Source of the DNA: an uncultured Anaerolineales bacterium
GTDB taxonomy: Bacteria > Chloroflexota > Anaerolineae > UBA1429
Assembly (NCBI GenBank): GCA_964482225.1
Contig: CAYZWT010000002.1
Location: 86,680 to 150,679, forward strand
Direction: 5' to 3'
Length of the DNA stretch: 64,000 nt
The notes under the pieces are model-generated. The model was not told where the DNA came from, did no database searches, and saw only the letters and a list, made by a program, of their open reading frames with translations. Position 1 is the stretch's first letter. Every line of letters starts with the position of its first letter. Of this stretch, positions 28,959 through 38,789 are shown piece by piece. A program made the translations under genes and the position numbers.

Positions 28959-30053
28959 CTAGCTCCCCGGCGCGCCCGTGATCTCGGCCACGCGCCGGAA
29001 GAACGCCTGCTTGAAGGGCGTGTTGATTGTCCAGTTCACCGGCGGCGTCTGAAAGCCGGTCAGCTCGTCCCAGGGGGCGTCGTCGCGATAGCGGGGCCGC
29101 GAGGTATAGTCCTCCCACGGGTCGTTGCCCTGGCCGCGCCAACCCTGGTCGTAATAGCCCCAGGAGACGCCCTTGCGCCAAGAGACTTCGAGATTGGGCG
29201 TGGCGGGCGAGTCCTCGTTGATGACGATGGGCTTGGGCGCGATGCGATAGGCGGGCATGCCCTGCACCACATCTATGGCGGACTCTAGCTCTGCCGGGCG
29301 CAGGCCATTGCCGTGTAGCAGGACATAATCGTCGGCGCGCACCAACGCGGCGGGGGGCATGCCGCGGCCGGTGGCCACCTCAGCGCCGCCGCCGCTGGTG
29401 GAGTAGAGCAACTCGGGGTAGTGGGTGCGCAGTGCGGCGATCATCTCGGGCTGCCGCTCGGGGCGAAAGATGTCATAAGGCGTGTGATCCACCACGACAT
29501 CTATCTCGTTGGCGATCTCGATCAGGATATTGCGGCGGCCCGTGCCCATCAGGAACTCACAGGTCTCGTGGGCGGCGCGCCAGATGGCCGCTTCGTCCTC
29601 CATGCGACGCAGCATCATCCAGTAGAACATGCCCACGATGACGACCATGCCCAGCTCGTCGGCGCGGGCCAGAATACGCTCCAACCGGGCGGCATAGGCG
29701 GGTTTGAGAGCGCCCTGGGGTGTGTAGCCGTTGTTGTCATAGCCGTGATAGATCTCGGGGACGTACAGGGGTCCGCCGCCCTGCAGATTGACGGTGAAGG
29801 CCAGGATGCCGTGGGCCGCCCAGGTGGGCAGCGCGTCGCAGAACTCGGCGACGTTGCGCTCGGGATCCCACTCGCCTGTGTCGGGATAGGCCCAGTGGCG
29901 GCGCGTCTCGGGGTTGGCATCATCATAGAGGGCCTGCACGGCGCGCACGTTAAAGAGCATCCCTTCGATGCGGCGCCCCTCGAACACTCGCCCCGCATAG
30001 GTCGGACGGCCGTTGATGTGAAAATCGGCGCCGTGGATCGTGATCTCGGTCAT
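28959..30053 (-). CDS. Putative glycoside hydrolase, TIM-barrel cellulase-like (GH5-like)
   Basis: IANEID and INEDSP blocks could correspond to the acid/base and nucleophile Glu of GH5-like enzymes. Family assignment is uncertain. Confidence 0.35.
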   Translation of the reverse strand: MTEITIHGADFHINGRPTYAGRVFEGRRIEGMLFNVRAVQALYDDANPETRRHWAYPDTGEWDPERNVAEFCDALPTWAAHGILAFTVNLQGGGPLYVPEIYHGYDNNGYTPQGALKPAYAARLERILARADELGMVVIVGMFYWMMLRRMEDEAAIWRAAHETCEFLMGTGRRNILIEIANEIDVVVDHTPYDIFRPERQPEMIAALRTHYPELLYSTSGGGAEVATGRGMPPAALVRADDYVLLHGNGLRPAELESAIDVVQGMPAYRIAPKPIVINEDSPATPNLEVSWRKGVSWGYYDQGWRGQGNDPWEDYTSRPRYRDDAPWDELTGFQTPPVNWTINTPFKQAFFRRVAEITGAPGS

Positions 30054-30380
30054 GGTAGGGCCTCGCCTTTCTGCATGAGTAGCTGTTCTGCTGCCATTAT
30101 ACTCTGATGGAGGCTGGCCGCCAGCAACGCTGCAAGGGCCAGCGCATGTGGCTCTGTCTACGCTCCCCTATGCCACTGCCCAACGCCATCCCGGGTTGAC
30201 GCAGCCCGCGTTGGCGCTACAATCTGACTGTCGCGAATAGGAGGGCGAGGAGTTGCCCTCTGGCACTATTGACGAATGCATCCTGGGCGGAGATACGCGG
30301 ACCGCTTGCCTGCCGGCCCGCGCTTGACCGCTTGTTGACGGGTCGAGGCCGACCATATCCCATCTTGCGGAGGAGGAGCG

Positions 30381-31556
30381 ATGCGTATCGTAGCAGCGGA
30401 CATCTATGACGTGGACCTGCACCCTTGGAAGCCGCCCGTGATCCTGCGATTGACCACCGACGAAGGCATCTATGGCTTGGGCGAGTTCGCCCTCTGCTAT
30501 GGCACAGGCCGGCGGGCCGCTCTGGGCATGTTGCACGACATGGTGGAGCGCTTTGTGATCGGCGCCGATCCGCTGCGCGTCGAGGAGATGTGGAAGACCC
30601 TGTTCTTTCGCACCTTTTGGGGGCAGGGGGGCGGGCCGGTGGTCTATGGCGGCATCAGCACCATAGACCAGGCGCTGTGGGATATCAAGGGCAAGGCCTA
30701 TGGCGCGCCCATCTATGAGCTGCTGGGCGGCAGGGTACACGATAGCCTGCGGGTCTACTGCAACGGCTGGTTGGGCGATGAGTATGCCCCGGCGAACAAT
30801 GCCCCCATCGAGACGCCCGAAGACTATGCCGAGCGCGTTGCAGAGGTGGCTGCTATGGGTTATGACGCCCTCAAGTTCGACCCGTTCGCCGCGCCGCGCG
30901 GCAGCGGCTGGAAGCCCCGCCAACGCCTGCTGGAGCCCGAGCGGGCCGATCTGGCCTATGAGCGGGTCAAGGCCGTGCGCGAGGCCGTGGGGCCCAACGT
31001 GGATGTGCTGGTGGAAGTACACGGCTACCTGGGGGTCTCCGATGCCATCGCCTGGGGGCGCCGCATCGTCGAGCTGAACCCGTTCTTTTACGAAGAGCCG
31101 GTGGATGCTATGAATGTCGAGTGCATGGCCAGGGTGGCGCGCGAGGTCCCCATCCCTCTTGCGGCGGGCGAGCGCCTGTATACCCGCTACGGTTTCCGCG
31201 AGTATATCGAGCGGCAGGCCATAGACATCCTGCAGCCCGACGTGGGGCTGGCCGGGGGGATCACCGAGCTGAAAAAGATCGCCGCCTATGCCGAGACCTA
31301 TGATCTGTACGTGCAGCCGCACAATTGCCACGGCCCCGTGGCCACCGCCGCCGCCGTTCAAGTGGATGCCTGCATCAGCAACTTTATCATCCAGGAGATG
31401 ATCCCTTGCCGGTCGGCCATGACGTACGAGCTGGTGAACGAGCCGCTGGAGCCGCAGATTCGCAACGGCTACTTGCCTGTGCCGACCGCGCCCGGCCTGG
31501 GGGTGACCCTTAACGAGGCCTATGTGGCCGATTGCCCCGTGGTGCACCTTAGCTGA
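30381..31556 (+). CDS. Enolase-superfamily dehydratase (mandelate racemase/muconate-lactonizing enzyme family; mannonate/galactonate dehydratase-like)
   Basis: MR/MLE N-terminal capping domain plus metal-ligand blocks (KFDPF...EEP...AAGER...D). GGAGGAGGAG RBS. Confidence 0.75.
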   Translation: MRIVAADIYDVDLHPWKPPVILRLTTDEGIYGLGEFALCYGTGRRAALGMLHDMVERFVIGADPLRVEEMWKTLFFRTFWGQGGGPVVYGGISTIDQALWDIKGKAYGAPIYELLGGRVHDSLRVYCNGWLGDEYAPANNAPIETPEDYAERVAEVAAMGYDALKFDPFAAPRGSGWKPRQRLLEPERADLAYERVKAVREAVGPNVDVLVEVHGYLGVSDAIAWGRRIVELNPFFYEEPVDAMNVECMARVAREVPIPLAAGERLYTRYGFREYIERQAIDILQPDVGLAGGITELKKIAAYAETYDLYVQPHNCHGPVATAAAVQVDACISNFIIQEMIPCRSAMTYELVNEPLEPQIRNGYLPVPTAPGLGVTLNEAYVADCPVVHLS

Positions 31557-31682
31557 GGCGGCCTTTGGAGCGCTGTTGCCCAGATCGGAAGCCCAGGAGG
31601 CTATGTGCGTTTATGCAACGTGTAGGAAAGTAAGCTAGAGAGCCAGGTACGTCAGAACAGGAAACGAACCCAGTACGCTGGC

Positions 31683-31711
31683 TTGACGCAGCGCCGGGTA
31701 AGTGGTATCAT
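31683..31711 (+). promoter_or_regulatory. Sigma70-like promoter: TTGACG, 17-nt spacer, TATCAT, at the head of the glycan cluster
   Basis: Read from the sequence, about 60 nt upstream of the dehydrogenase ATG (31774). Confidence 0.5.
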
Positions 31712-31773
31712 GCGCGGGTTGTCTTTTGGGGGAGCGGTTGCGCGGGCTGGCAAGGCAAGGACGGCGAGACGAG

Positions 31774-33117
31774 ATGACATATACAGATAGCGGCGGGGCG
31801 GGCCATTGGCAGGCGCTGCGCGAACGCATTGATGCGCGCACGGCGCGGATCGCCGTGATGGGCCTCGGCTACGTGGGACTGCCGTTGGCGTTGGCCCTGG
31901 CCGAGGCGGGTTTTGCCGTCACCGGCGTTGACCCTGATGTGGCCAAGTGCGACGCCGTCAACCGGGGTGAGAGCTATGTCGGCGACGTGCCGGGGGCGTG
32001 CGTGGCAGCCCAGGTGGCAGCCGGGCGCCTGCTGGCCGATCCGACGCCTGCGCCCTTGGCCCAGGCCGACGTGGTCATCATCTGCGTCCCGACGCCCCTC
32101 AGCAAGGGCAAAGACCCCGACATTTCGTACATCGTCAAGGCGGCGGACGGCCTCAGCGGCGCCATGCACGCGGGCATGCTGGTCGTGCTAGAGAGCACGA
32201 CCTACCCAGGCACCACAGAAGAGATCCTGCTGCCCCGGGTCGGGCAGAACGGCTTTGCCGTGGGGCAGGATGTCTTTGTGGCCTTTTCGCCCGAGCGCGT
32301 GGATCCGGGCAACAAGACGTACACGATCCGCAACACACCCAAAGTGGTGGGCGGCGTCACGCCGGCCTGCCTCGATCTGGCCCTGGCCCTCTATGCCGCC
32401 ATCGTTGAGCGTACGGTGCCCGTCTCCAGCCCAGCGACCGCCGAGATGGTCAAGATCCTGGAGAACACCTATCGCGCCATCAACATCGGGCTGGTCAACG
32501 AGATGGCACAGATCTGCCACCGCATTGGGCTGGATATCTGGGAGGTGATCGCCGCTGCCAGCACCAAGCCCTTTGGCTATGCGCCTTTCTATCCGGGGCC
32601 GGGCCTGGGCGGCCACTGCATCCCCATTGACCCGCTGTACCTCACCTGGAAGATGCGCGCCCTGAGCGTGCAGACGCGCTTTATCGAGCTGGCCGACGTT
32701 GTCAACGCCGAGATGCCGCGCTATGTGGTACAGCGGGTGCAGGATGCTCTGAACGATGACGCCAAGCCGCTGCGCGGTAGCCGCATCCTGGTGCTGGGCG
32801 TGACGTACAAGCCCGACGTGGCCGATCTGCGCGAGAGCCCTGCGCTCACAGTGATGGACCTGCTGCTGGAGCGGGGCGCACTGGTGAGCTACCACGATCC
32901 CTACATAGAGCGCCTCGCGCTGCCGGAAGCAGGCGTCCTGGCGGGCGTGGCGCTGACCGACGAGGCCCTCGCGGCGGCGGATTGTGTCCTGATCCATACG
33001 GCCCACGCGGGCTATGATTGGGCGCGCGTGGCAGCGCACGCCCGAACGATCTTTGACACGCGCAACGCCATAGAAACCGCCACGTATGATGGAAGCGCGC
33101 GACTCTACCGGCTCTGA
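31774..33117 (+). CDS. Nucleotide-sugar dehydrogenase (UDP-glucose / UDP-N-acetylmannosamine dehydrogenase family)
   Basis: [29 protein letters not shown] is the NAD-binding Rossmann N-terminus. Catalytic-domain GGHCIP-like block present. C-terminal UDP-binding domain. Start moved to MTYTD. Confidence 0.8.
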   Translation: MTYTDSGGAGHWQALRERIDARTARIAVMGLGYVGLPLALALAEAGFAVTGVDPDVAKCDAVNRGESYVGDVPGACVAAQVAAGRLLADPTPAPLAQADVVIICVPTPLSKGKDPDISYIVKAADGLSGAMHAGMLVVLESTTYPGTTEEILLPRVGQNGFAVGQDVFVAFSPERVDPGNKTYTIRNTPKVVGGVTPACLDLALALYAAIVERTVPVSSPATAEMVKILENTYRAINIGLVNEMAQICHRIGLDIWEVIAAASTKPFGYAPFYPGPGLGGHCIPIDPLYLTWKMRALSVQTRFIELADVVNAEMPRYVVQRVQDALNDDAKPLRGSRILVLGVTYKPDVADLRESPALTVMDLLLERGALVSYHDPYIERLALPEAGVLAGVALTDEALAAADCVLIHTAHAGYDWARVAAHARTIFDTRNAIETATYDGSARLYRL

Positions 33118-33859
33118 GGCCGCCCGTATCACGGGGGGCGTAGGGCTCTATCTGCGACGCCAGGCCGATGGCCTGACACGCTACATGCTGGAGCAGACGG
33201 CGCAGACCCTGTTCGGCTGGGCGCCCACTCTGGTGGGCATCGCGCTGCGGGCCGTGGCCTATCGCGCCATTATGCGCATGGAAGGCAGCGTTGCCATTGA
33301 ACGGGGGGTGCGCCTGCGCTTTGCCAGCCACATCCGGCTGGGGCGGGGCGTGTATCTCGACGAAGGCGTCTACATCCACGCCTGCCCGCAAGGGGTGCGC
33401 ATCGGCGCGGGCAGTCTGGTGATGCACGGCAGCATACTGCACACGTACAACTTTCGCGACCTGCCCCATGCGTTCATCCATATCGGGCGCGATAGCCTGA
33501 TTGGCGAGTACAATGTGATCCGGGGACAGGGCGGTGTGACCATCGGCGACCGGGTGTACACCTCGCCCCTGGTGCAGATCATGGCCGTCAATCACGTGTT
33601 TGACGATCCGGCGCGCCCGTTTGTGGCCCAGGGCCTCACCGCCGAGGGGATCGTGATCGAGGATGACGTCTGGATCGGCTCCGGCGCGGTGATCACCGAT
33701 GGCGTACGCATCGGGCAAGGGGCAGTGGTTGCGGCAGGGGCCGTTGTCACCCAGGACGTGCCGCCTCATACGCTGGTGGGCGGCGTGCCCGCCCGCGCGC
33801 TGCGCCAGATCGACGGCAGCGACCATGTGCGGGGCAAGCAGGTGTATCTGAATCAGTAG
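33086..33859 (+). CDS. Left-handed beta-helix (hexapeptide repeat) sugar O-/N-acetyltransferase
   Basis: Hexapeptide repeats (IGDRVYTS..., [31 protein letters not shown]). Overlaps the upstream dehydrogenase by 32 nt. Confidence 0.7.
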   Translation: MMEARDSTGSEAARITGGVGLYLRRQADGLTRYMLEQTAQTLFGWAPTLVGIALRAVAYRAIMRMEGSVAIERGVRLRFASHIRLGRGVYLDEGVYIHACPQGVRIGAGSLVMHGSILHTYNFRDLPHAFIHIGRDSLIGEYNVIRGQGGVTIGDRVYTSPLVQIMAVNHVFDDPARPFVAQGLTAEGIVIEDDVWIGSGAVITDGVRIGQGAVVAAGAVVTQDVPPHTLVGGVPARALRQIDGSDHVRGKQVYLNQ

Positions 33860-33889
33860 TGTGCGCAGGCCGCGCGCCGAGGAGCGAAC

Positions 33890-35140
33890 ATGGCCACGAT
33901 GGAACGCGTTATACAGCGAGGCGCCGATACGGCGGCCCGGCACCTGCTCTCGGTGGTGATCCCCGCCCTGGACGAAGAGGACGGCATCGCCGCCATCATC
34001 GAGCGGGTGCTGGCTGTGGCCCCGGCCTTGGCCGAAATGGGCGTGGGGCTGGAGCTTGTGGTAGTGGACGATGGATCGAGCGATGGCACGTGCGACGTGG
34101 TGGCCCGCTATGCTGCCGCCCGTCTGGTGCGCCACGGCTGCAATCGTGGCTACGGGGCCGCCCTCAAGACCGGCTTTGCCGCCGCCCAGGGCGATTGGCT
34201 GGCCTTTTTGGATGCCGATGGCACCTATCCCCCCGAGCACTTTCCGACCCTATGCCGTGCGTTGGAGGAGGGCGACGGGGCAGATCTCGTGGTAGGCTCG
34301 CGGCGCTCGGGGGCGGCTAGCGAGATGCCGTTCATGCGTCGGGTGGGCAATCTGCTTTGGTCCAGCATGGTCACCCTGCTGGGGAACCGCCGCGTGGTGG
34401 ACCCCGCCAGCGGGATGCGCGTCTTTCGTCGAGAGGCCCTGGAGCGGCTCTATCCCCTGCCCGATGGCCTCAACTTTACGCCGGTGATGAGCACACGGGC
34501 CATCCACGAGGGCGTGCGCCTGAGTGAGATCCCGATCCCCTACCAGGAGCGCCAGGGGCGCTCCAAGCTTAGGGTGGTACAGGATGGCATGCGCTTTTTG
34601 CGCACCATCGTCTGGACCGTCATGGCCTACAATCCTGCGCGCTTGTTTGGAGGGCTGGGCTTTGGCCTGTTCATCGTGGGCGCCCTGATCGGCCTGATCC
34701 TGGTGGCGTTGCGTCTGGCGGGCGTCACGACCTTGGGGCCCCTGGGTGTGGCGGGCGCATACCTGGCTGCTCTTGGCCTCGTGGTTGGCTTTGATCTCTT
34801 TGCCCTGGGGGCCACGTTCAACTATCTGGTGGCCCTTTTTCACACGCGCCCGGTGCAACGTGGGCTCTTTGGCAAGCCGATCTTTGACCCGCCCCTCGAT
34901 CGCCAGTTCTGGTGGATGGGGCTGCTGGCGGGGGTGGGCGGCCTGGGGTTGGGGCTCATGAGCCTGATCCTGGGGGCCAACGGCTGGCCCATCGAGCGCC
35001 TCTGGTTCTATCTGTTGGCGGGCACGATGTTGCTGATCCTGGGCATGCACCTGCTGATCTTTTGGGTCATCATGCGCGTGCTGGAGGAGCTGAGCCAGCG
35101 CGGAGAGTTGACGCGCGCCGATCTCGAGTGTGGTCCATGA
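33890..35140 (+). CDS. Family 2 glycosyltransferase with C-terminal multi-TM anchor (polyprenyl-phosphate sugar synthase-like, DPM1/GtrB/ArnC type)
   Basis: LSVVIPALDEE...VVDDGSSDGT...DADG are GT2 DxD-type motifs. Four C-terminal hydrophobic helices. GAGGAG RBS. Confidence 0.8.
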   Translation: MATMERVIQRGADTAARHLLSVVIPALDEEDGIAAIIERVLAVAPALAEMGVGLELVVVDDGSSDGTCDVVARYAAARLVRHGCNRGYGAALKTGFAAAQGDWLAFLDADGTYPPEHFPTLCRALEEGDGADLVVGSRRSGAASEMPFMRRVGNLLWSSMVTLLGNRRVVDPASGMRVFRREALERLYPLPDGLNFTPVMSTRAIHEGVRLSEIPIPYQERQGRSKLRVVQDGMRFLRTIVWTVMAYNPARLFGGLGFGLFIVGALIGLILVALRLAGVTTLGPLGVAGAYLAALGLVVGFDLFALGATFNYLVALFHTRPVQRGLFGKPIFDPPLDRQFWWMGLLAGVGGLGLGLMSLILGANGWPIERLWFYLLAGTMLLILGMHLLIFWVIMRVLEELSQRGELTRADLECGP

Positions 35141-36798
35141 GCGAGGCGGATGTGGGAGATAACCGGGGCGCGCGCACGCTCCAGCGGGTATGGGCCGAGG
35201 CGCCGCCGCGCGCCGATACGGGCGATCTGCTGGGCGCCCCACGCGGCCCCGAGGCGGTGGACGTCCTTTTCGCCAACCCGCCCGCCCCTGATGGCGGCAT
35301 CTGGATCCGTAGCCAGCACCGGGTGGGGCGGCGTTCGCGCGAGGGCATGATCTGGCCCCAGGCCGATTTGGCCCAGATGGCGGCCCTGTTCCCCGAGCGG
35401 CGCGTCGCCGTGGTGGATGCCATCGCCGAGCGCATGTCCTGGCGCGCTTTTGAGGCGCTGCTGGACCGGCTGCAGCCCCGCTACTATGTCACCCAGGCGA
35501 CGGCGCCCACACTCCAGAACGATATGTACGGGGCGTTCCTGGCCCGGGCGCGCGGGGCCGCCACCATCGCTTTTGGCACCCATGTGACCCCTATGCCCGT
35601 CGGCACCCTGGAAACCTATCCCGCGCTGGATTATGTGCTGTGCGGCGAGCCCGAGCTGACCCTGCGCGAACTGGTGGATGCGTTGGATGCCGAGAGCGAG
35701 CCGTGGGGCGCCTTGGAGCGGGCCGATCCGGCGCTGGCTGAGGCTCTGGCGCGGCTCTTTCGCCAGGCGGATCCCGCGTGGGAGCCGGCGGGGAGCGCTG
35801 CGCCCAACGAGCGGCTGGCGCGCATCACGGGGCTGGCCTGGCGGCGCGCGGGCGAGGTCACGCTCAACGCGCCCCGCGCGCTCATCTGCGACCTGGATGC
35901 CCTGCCGTTGCCCCGCCACGACCTGTTGCCGCTGCGCTGCTATCGCGCGCCCCTGGTCAAGGGCCCCTATGCCTTTGTGGTCACCAGCCGGGGGTGCCCG
36001 GGGGCGTGTCGCTTTTGCATCAAACACGTCTCGTATGGGCGCTCGGTGCGTTTCCGCTCGCCGGAGCACATCCTGGACGAGATCGAGCAGTTGGTGGGCC
36101 TGGGCGCGCGCAGCATCCACATGTACGCCGACCTGTTCACCATCAACCGCGAGCATGTCATGGGCATTTGCCAGGGGTTGCTGGAGCGCAACCTGCGGGT
36201 GCGCTGGACCTGCAACAGCCGGGTGGATTTCGTGGATCGTGAGATGCTGGCGCTGATGGCGCGGAGCGGTTGCTGGATGATCTCATGGGGCATTGAATCG
36301 GGCGATGAGGACATGCTGCGGCGTATGCAAAAGGGCATCCGTCTGGAGAGCATCCACCGGGCGCTGGCCTGGGCGCGCCAGGCAGGCATTCGCAACTGGG
36401 GCTATTTCATCATCGGCCTGCCCGGCGAGACCGTCGCCAGCATCCGGCGCACCATCGCGCTGGCCAAGGCGCTGCCGCTGGACCTGGCGTTGTTTCATAT
36501 CGCCGCGCCGCACCCTGGCACGCCCTTTTTCTTTGAGGTGGTGGAGAACGGCTGGTTCCGCCCCGGCACCCGCTGGGAAGAGGTGGATATGGACCGCTCC
36601 ACCGTGCTGGATTACCCGGATCTGCCCGCGGAGGAACTGGAGCGCTGGTCGCAGCGCGCCTTGCGTGCGTGGGCGTTGCGCCCCGGCCCCATGTGGACCT
36701 ACGCCAAGATGCTGCTGGGCAGCCCCAGCCTGTGGCGCGCTGCCCTGGAGATCGGCTGGGAGAGCTTGGGCTGGCTGCGAGGGACCGGGGCTCGATGA
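35137..36798 (+). CDS. B12-binding (class B) radical SAM enzyme
   Basis: N-terminal cobalamin-binding Rossmann-like domain, then CPGACRFC (CxxxCxxC) and a radical SAM core. The ATG overlaps the GT2 TGA (ATGA) and its own TGA overlaps the next ATG. Confidence 0.75.
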   Translation: MSEADVGDNRGARTLQRVWAEAPPRADTGDLLGAPRGPEAVDVLFANPPAPDGGIWIRSQHRVGRRSREGMIWPQADLAQMAALFPERRVAVVDAIAERMSWRAFEALLDRLQPRYYVTQATAPTLQNDMYGAFLARARGAATIAFGTHVTPMPVGTLETYPALDYVLCGEPELTLRELVDALDAESEPWGALERADPALAEALARLFRQADPAWEPAGSAAPNERLARITGLAWRRAGEVTLNAPRALICDLDALPLPRHDLLPLRCYRAPLVKGPYAFVVTSRGCPGACRFCIKHVSYGRSVRFRSPEHILDEIEQLVGLGARSIHMYADLFTINREHVMGICQGLLERNLRVRWTCNSRVDFVDREMLALMARSGCWMISWGIESGDEDMLRRMQKGIRLESIHRALAWARQAGIRNWGYFIIGLPGETVASIRRTIALAKALPLDLALFHIAAPHPGTPFFFEVVENGWFRPGTRWEEVDMDRSTVLDYPDLPAEELERWSQRALRAWALRPGPMWTYAKMLLGSPSLWRAALEIGWESLGWLRGTGAR

Positions 36799-38750
36799 CC
36801 AAGCGCGCGGCTTACGGCGGCGTTCGCACGCTATTCCCCTATCTCGAACTGGGCCTTGCGCTGGCTGCTGCGGCGCTGTGGTATAGCACCGGCGGCGCCG
36901 TGTGGTTCCGTGAGACGGCCATTGGCCTGTGGCCTGTCGCGCTGGTGGCAGCCCTCTGGCCGTTGCACTGGGGCGCGCGCAAGCGTCGCCATGTGTCCGG
37001 GCGGGCCGGCTACACCCTGTGGTTGGCCCTGTTTCTGCTGTCGGCCGGGGCCTCTGTGTGGGCCGCCTATGACCGGCAGATCGCCCTGGCCAAGTTCGGC
37101 CTGATCCTCGGGGCAGTGGGGCTGGCGGCGGCGCTGGCCCATCAGCCCACACGGCGCCATCTCTATGTCGCTCTGGGGGTGCTGGCGGCGGTGGCGGCCT
37201 GCCTGGGCGCGTTCTTTATCTTGACCAATGACTGGGCCGCACAGCCCGTCAAAGTGCCGCTGCTTTCGCGCCTGGGGGTCGCGCTCTCATCTGCGCTCCC
37301 CGACCTGCGCGGCCATCGCATCACGCCCAATGTCGTGGGCGGCATGTTGGCTGCATTGCTGCCTCTTGCCGTGGCCCTGGTGAGCCTCCGTCCTCGCGCC
37401 TGGTTGGGGAGCGCCCTGGGGCGTTGGGCCAGGGCGATGCGGGCCATGTGGGCCAGCGCTGCGGCTGTGGCAACGCTGGCTTTCTTGCTGAGCGTGTCGC
37501 GGGGCGCCTGGTTGGGCCTGGGCGCGGGCGCGCTGCTCTGGGGGTTGTGGCGTTGGGTCGCAGGCGAGCCGGTCAGAGAGCCGGAGGGCTGGCGCCGCCA
37601 GGTGATCGCCGGCGGTTTGCTCTGCGCTGCACTGGCCCTGGCCGCCCTGCTGGCGGGCTATGCGCTGCTTACCCTGGGGTTACCGGGCGCAGATGCGCTG
37701 GCCGGTAGGCTGGCCCTCTGGCGCGATGGCTTGCTCCTCGCGCAAGACTATGCCTATACGGGTGTGGGGATGGGCCTCTTTTCGACCCCTTTTTCAGTTT
37801 ATACCCTCTTGATCCACGTAGGGTACATCGTCTATAGCCACAATATGTGGATCGACATTCTGGCGGAGCAGGGCGTATTCGGTGTGGCAGCCCTGGCGCT
37901 GCTCATGGGGACTGCTGTGGCAGGCTTTGTCCGCTGGCGACGGGTCGCCAGCAAGGGGCTGGGCCGTGTGATGGAGGCCTGCCTGGTCTCCATCGTCGCC
38001 ATGACGGTTCATGGCATGTTTGACAATGTGCTGTATGGCAGCCGGGGCGTGCTGATCCTGTTCACGCCCTATGGTATTATGATGGCGGCGACAGCGCTGG
38101 CTGCGCGTGAGGGCGCGCACAAGGGGGAGCAAATGCGGCGGCAAGGGGCGGCCCTGGCCTGGCTAGGTCCGCCGGCCGTGGTCATCGTGGCCCTGTTGGC
38201 GATCAGCCTGGGGCGGCCGGCGGCTGCTTGGCACGCCAATCTGGGGGCCGTGGCCCAAACCCAGGCCGAGCTGCAGGTCTATGACCCGCTGCACTTTGAT
38301 AACCCAGACCTGGATCAGGTGCGCAAGCAAGTGGACCTGGCCGATGCGCAGACCCGGCTGGAACGGGCCGCGCGCTGGCCTGGCCACCCAACGGCCCGGC
38401 GTCGCCTGGCAGCCATCGCCTTGGCCCAGGGGGACTATGAGCGGGCGTTGGCCTTGATGCAGGTCGCCTGGGATGCGGGGCGCCGCGATGCGCCCACGCG
38501 CCTGCTCTATGGCGACGCTCTGGTCGCCAATGGCTATGTGGCCGAGGCGGCGCGGGTGATTGCCGGGCTTGCATGGGCGGCGCCCCGGTTGGAAGGACAG
38601 GCATGGTCGCGGTACTGGGTGCATGAGGACTGGGAGCGGGCGGCCTATGCCTATGAGGCCGTGGCTCTGTTGCAGCCCGGGCAGGGCGGCGCCGAGCAAC
38701 GCGCCGCCGATGCCAGACGCCGCGCGGGGCTGCCCCCGCTGGAGCCATAA
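36795..38750 (+). CDS. Wzy_C / O-antigen ligase-family polytopic membrane protein with C-terminal TPR-like repeat domain
   Basis: About 10 TM helices. Wzy_C signature (YSHNMWIDILAEQGVFG). C-terminal region of about 200 aa of helical TPR-like repeats (LAAIALAQGDYERALALMQVAWDAG...). Confidence 0.7.
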   Translation: MTKRAAYGGVRTLFPYLELGLALAAAALWYSTGGAVWFRETAIGLWPVALVAALWPLHWGARKRRHVSGRAGYTLWLALFLLSAGASVWAAYDRQIALAKFGLILGAVGLAAALAHQPTRRHLYVALGVLAAVAACLGAFFILTNDWAAQPVKVPLLSRLGVALSSALPDLRGHRITPNVVGGMLAALLPLAVALVSLRPRAWLGSALGRWARAMRAMWASAAAVATLAFLLSVSRGAWLGLGAGALLWGLWRWVAGEPVREPEGWRRQVIAGGLLCAALALAALLAGYALLTLGLPGADALAGRLALWRDGLLLAQDYAYTGVGMGLFSTPFSVYTLLIHVGYIVYSHNMWIDILAEQGVFGVAALALLMGTAVAGFVRWRRVASKGLGRVMEACLVSIVAMTVHGMFDNVLYGSRGVLILFTPYGIMMAATALAAREGAHKGEQMRRQGAALAWLGPPAVVIVALLAISLGRPAAAWHANLGAVAQTQAELQVYDPLHFDNPDLDQVRKQVDLADAQTRLERAARWPGHPTARRRLAAIALAQGDYERALALMQVAWDAGRRDAPTRLLYGDALVANGYVAEAARVIAGLAWAAPRLEGQAWSRYWVHEDWERAAYAYEAVALLQPGQGGAEQRAADARRRAGLPPLEP

Positions 38751-38789
38751 CGTTGCGGCGGTGTCCGCCGCAACATCACCAATGGGAGT

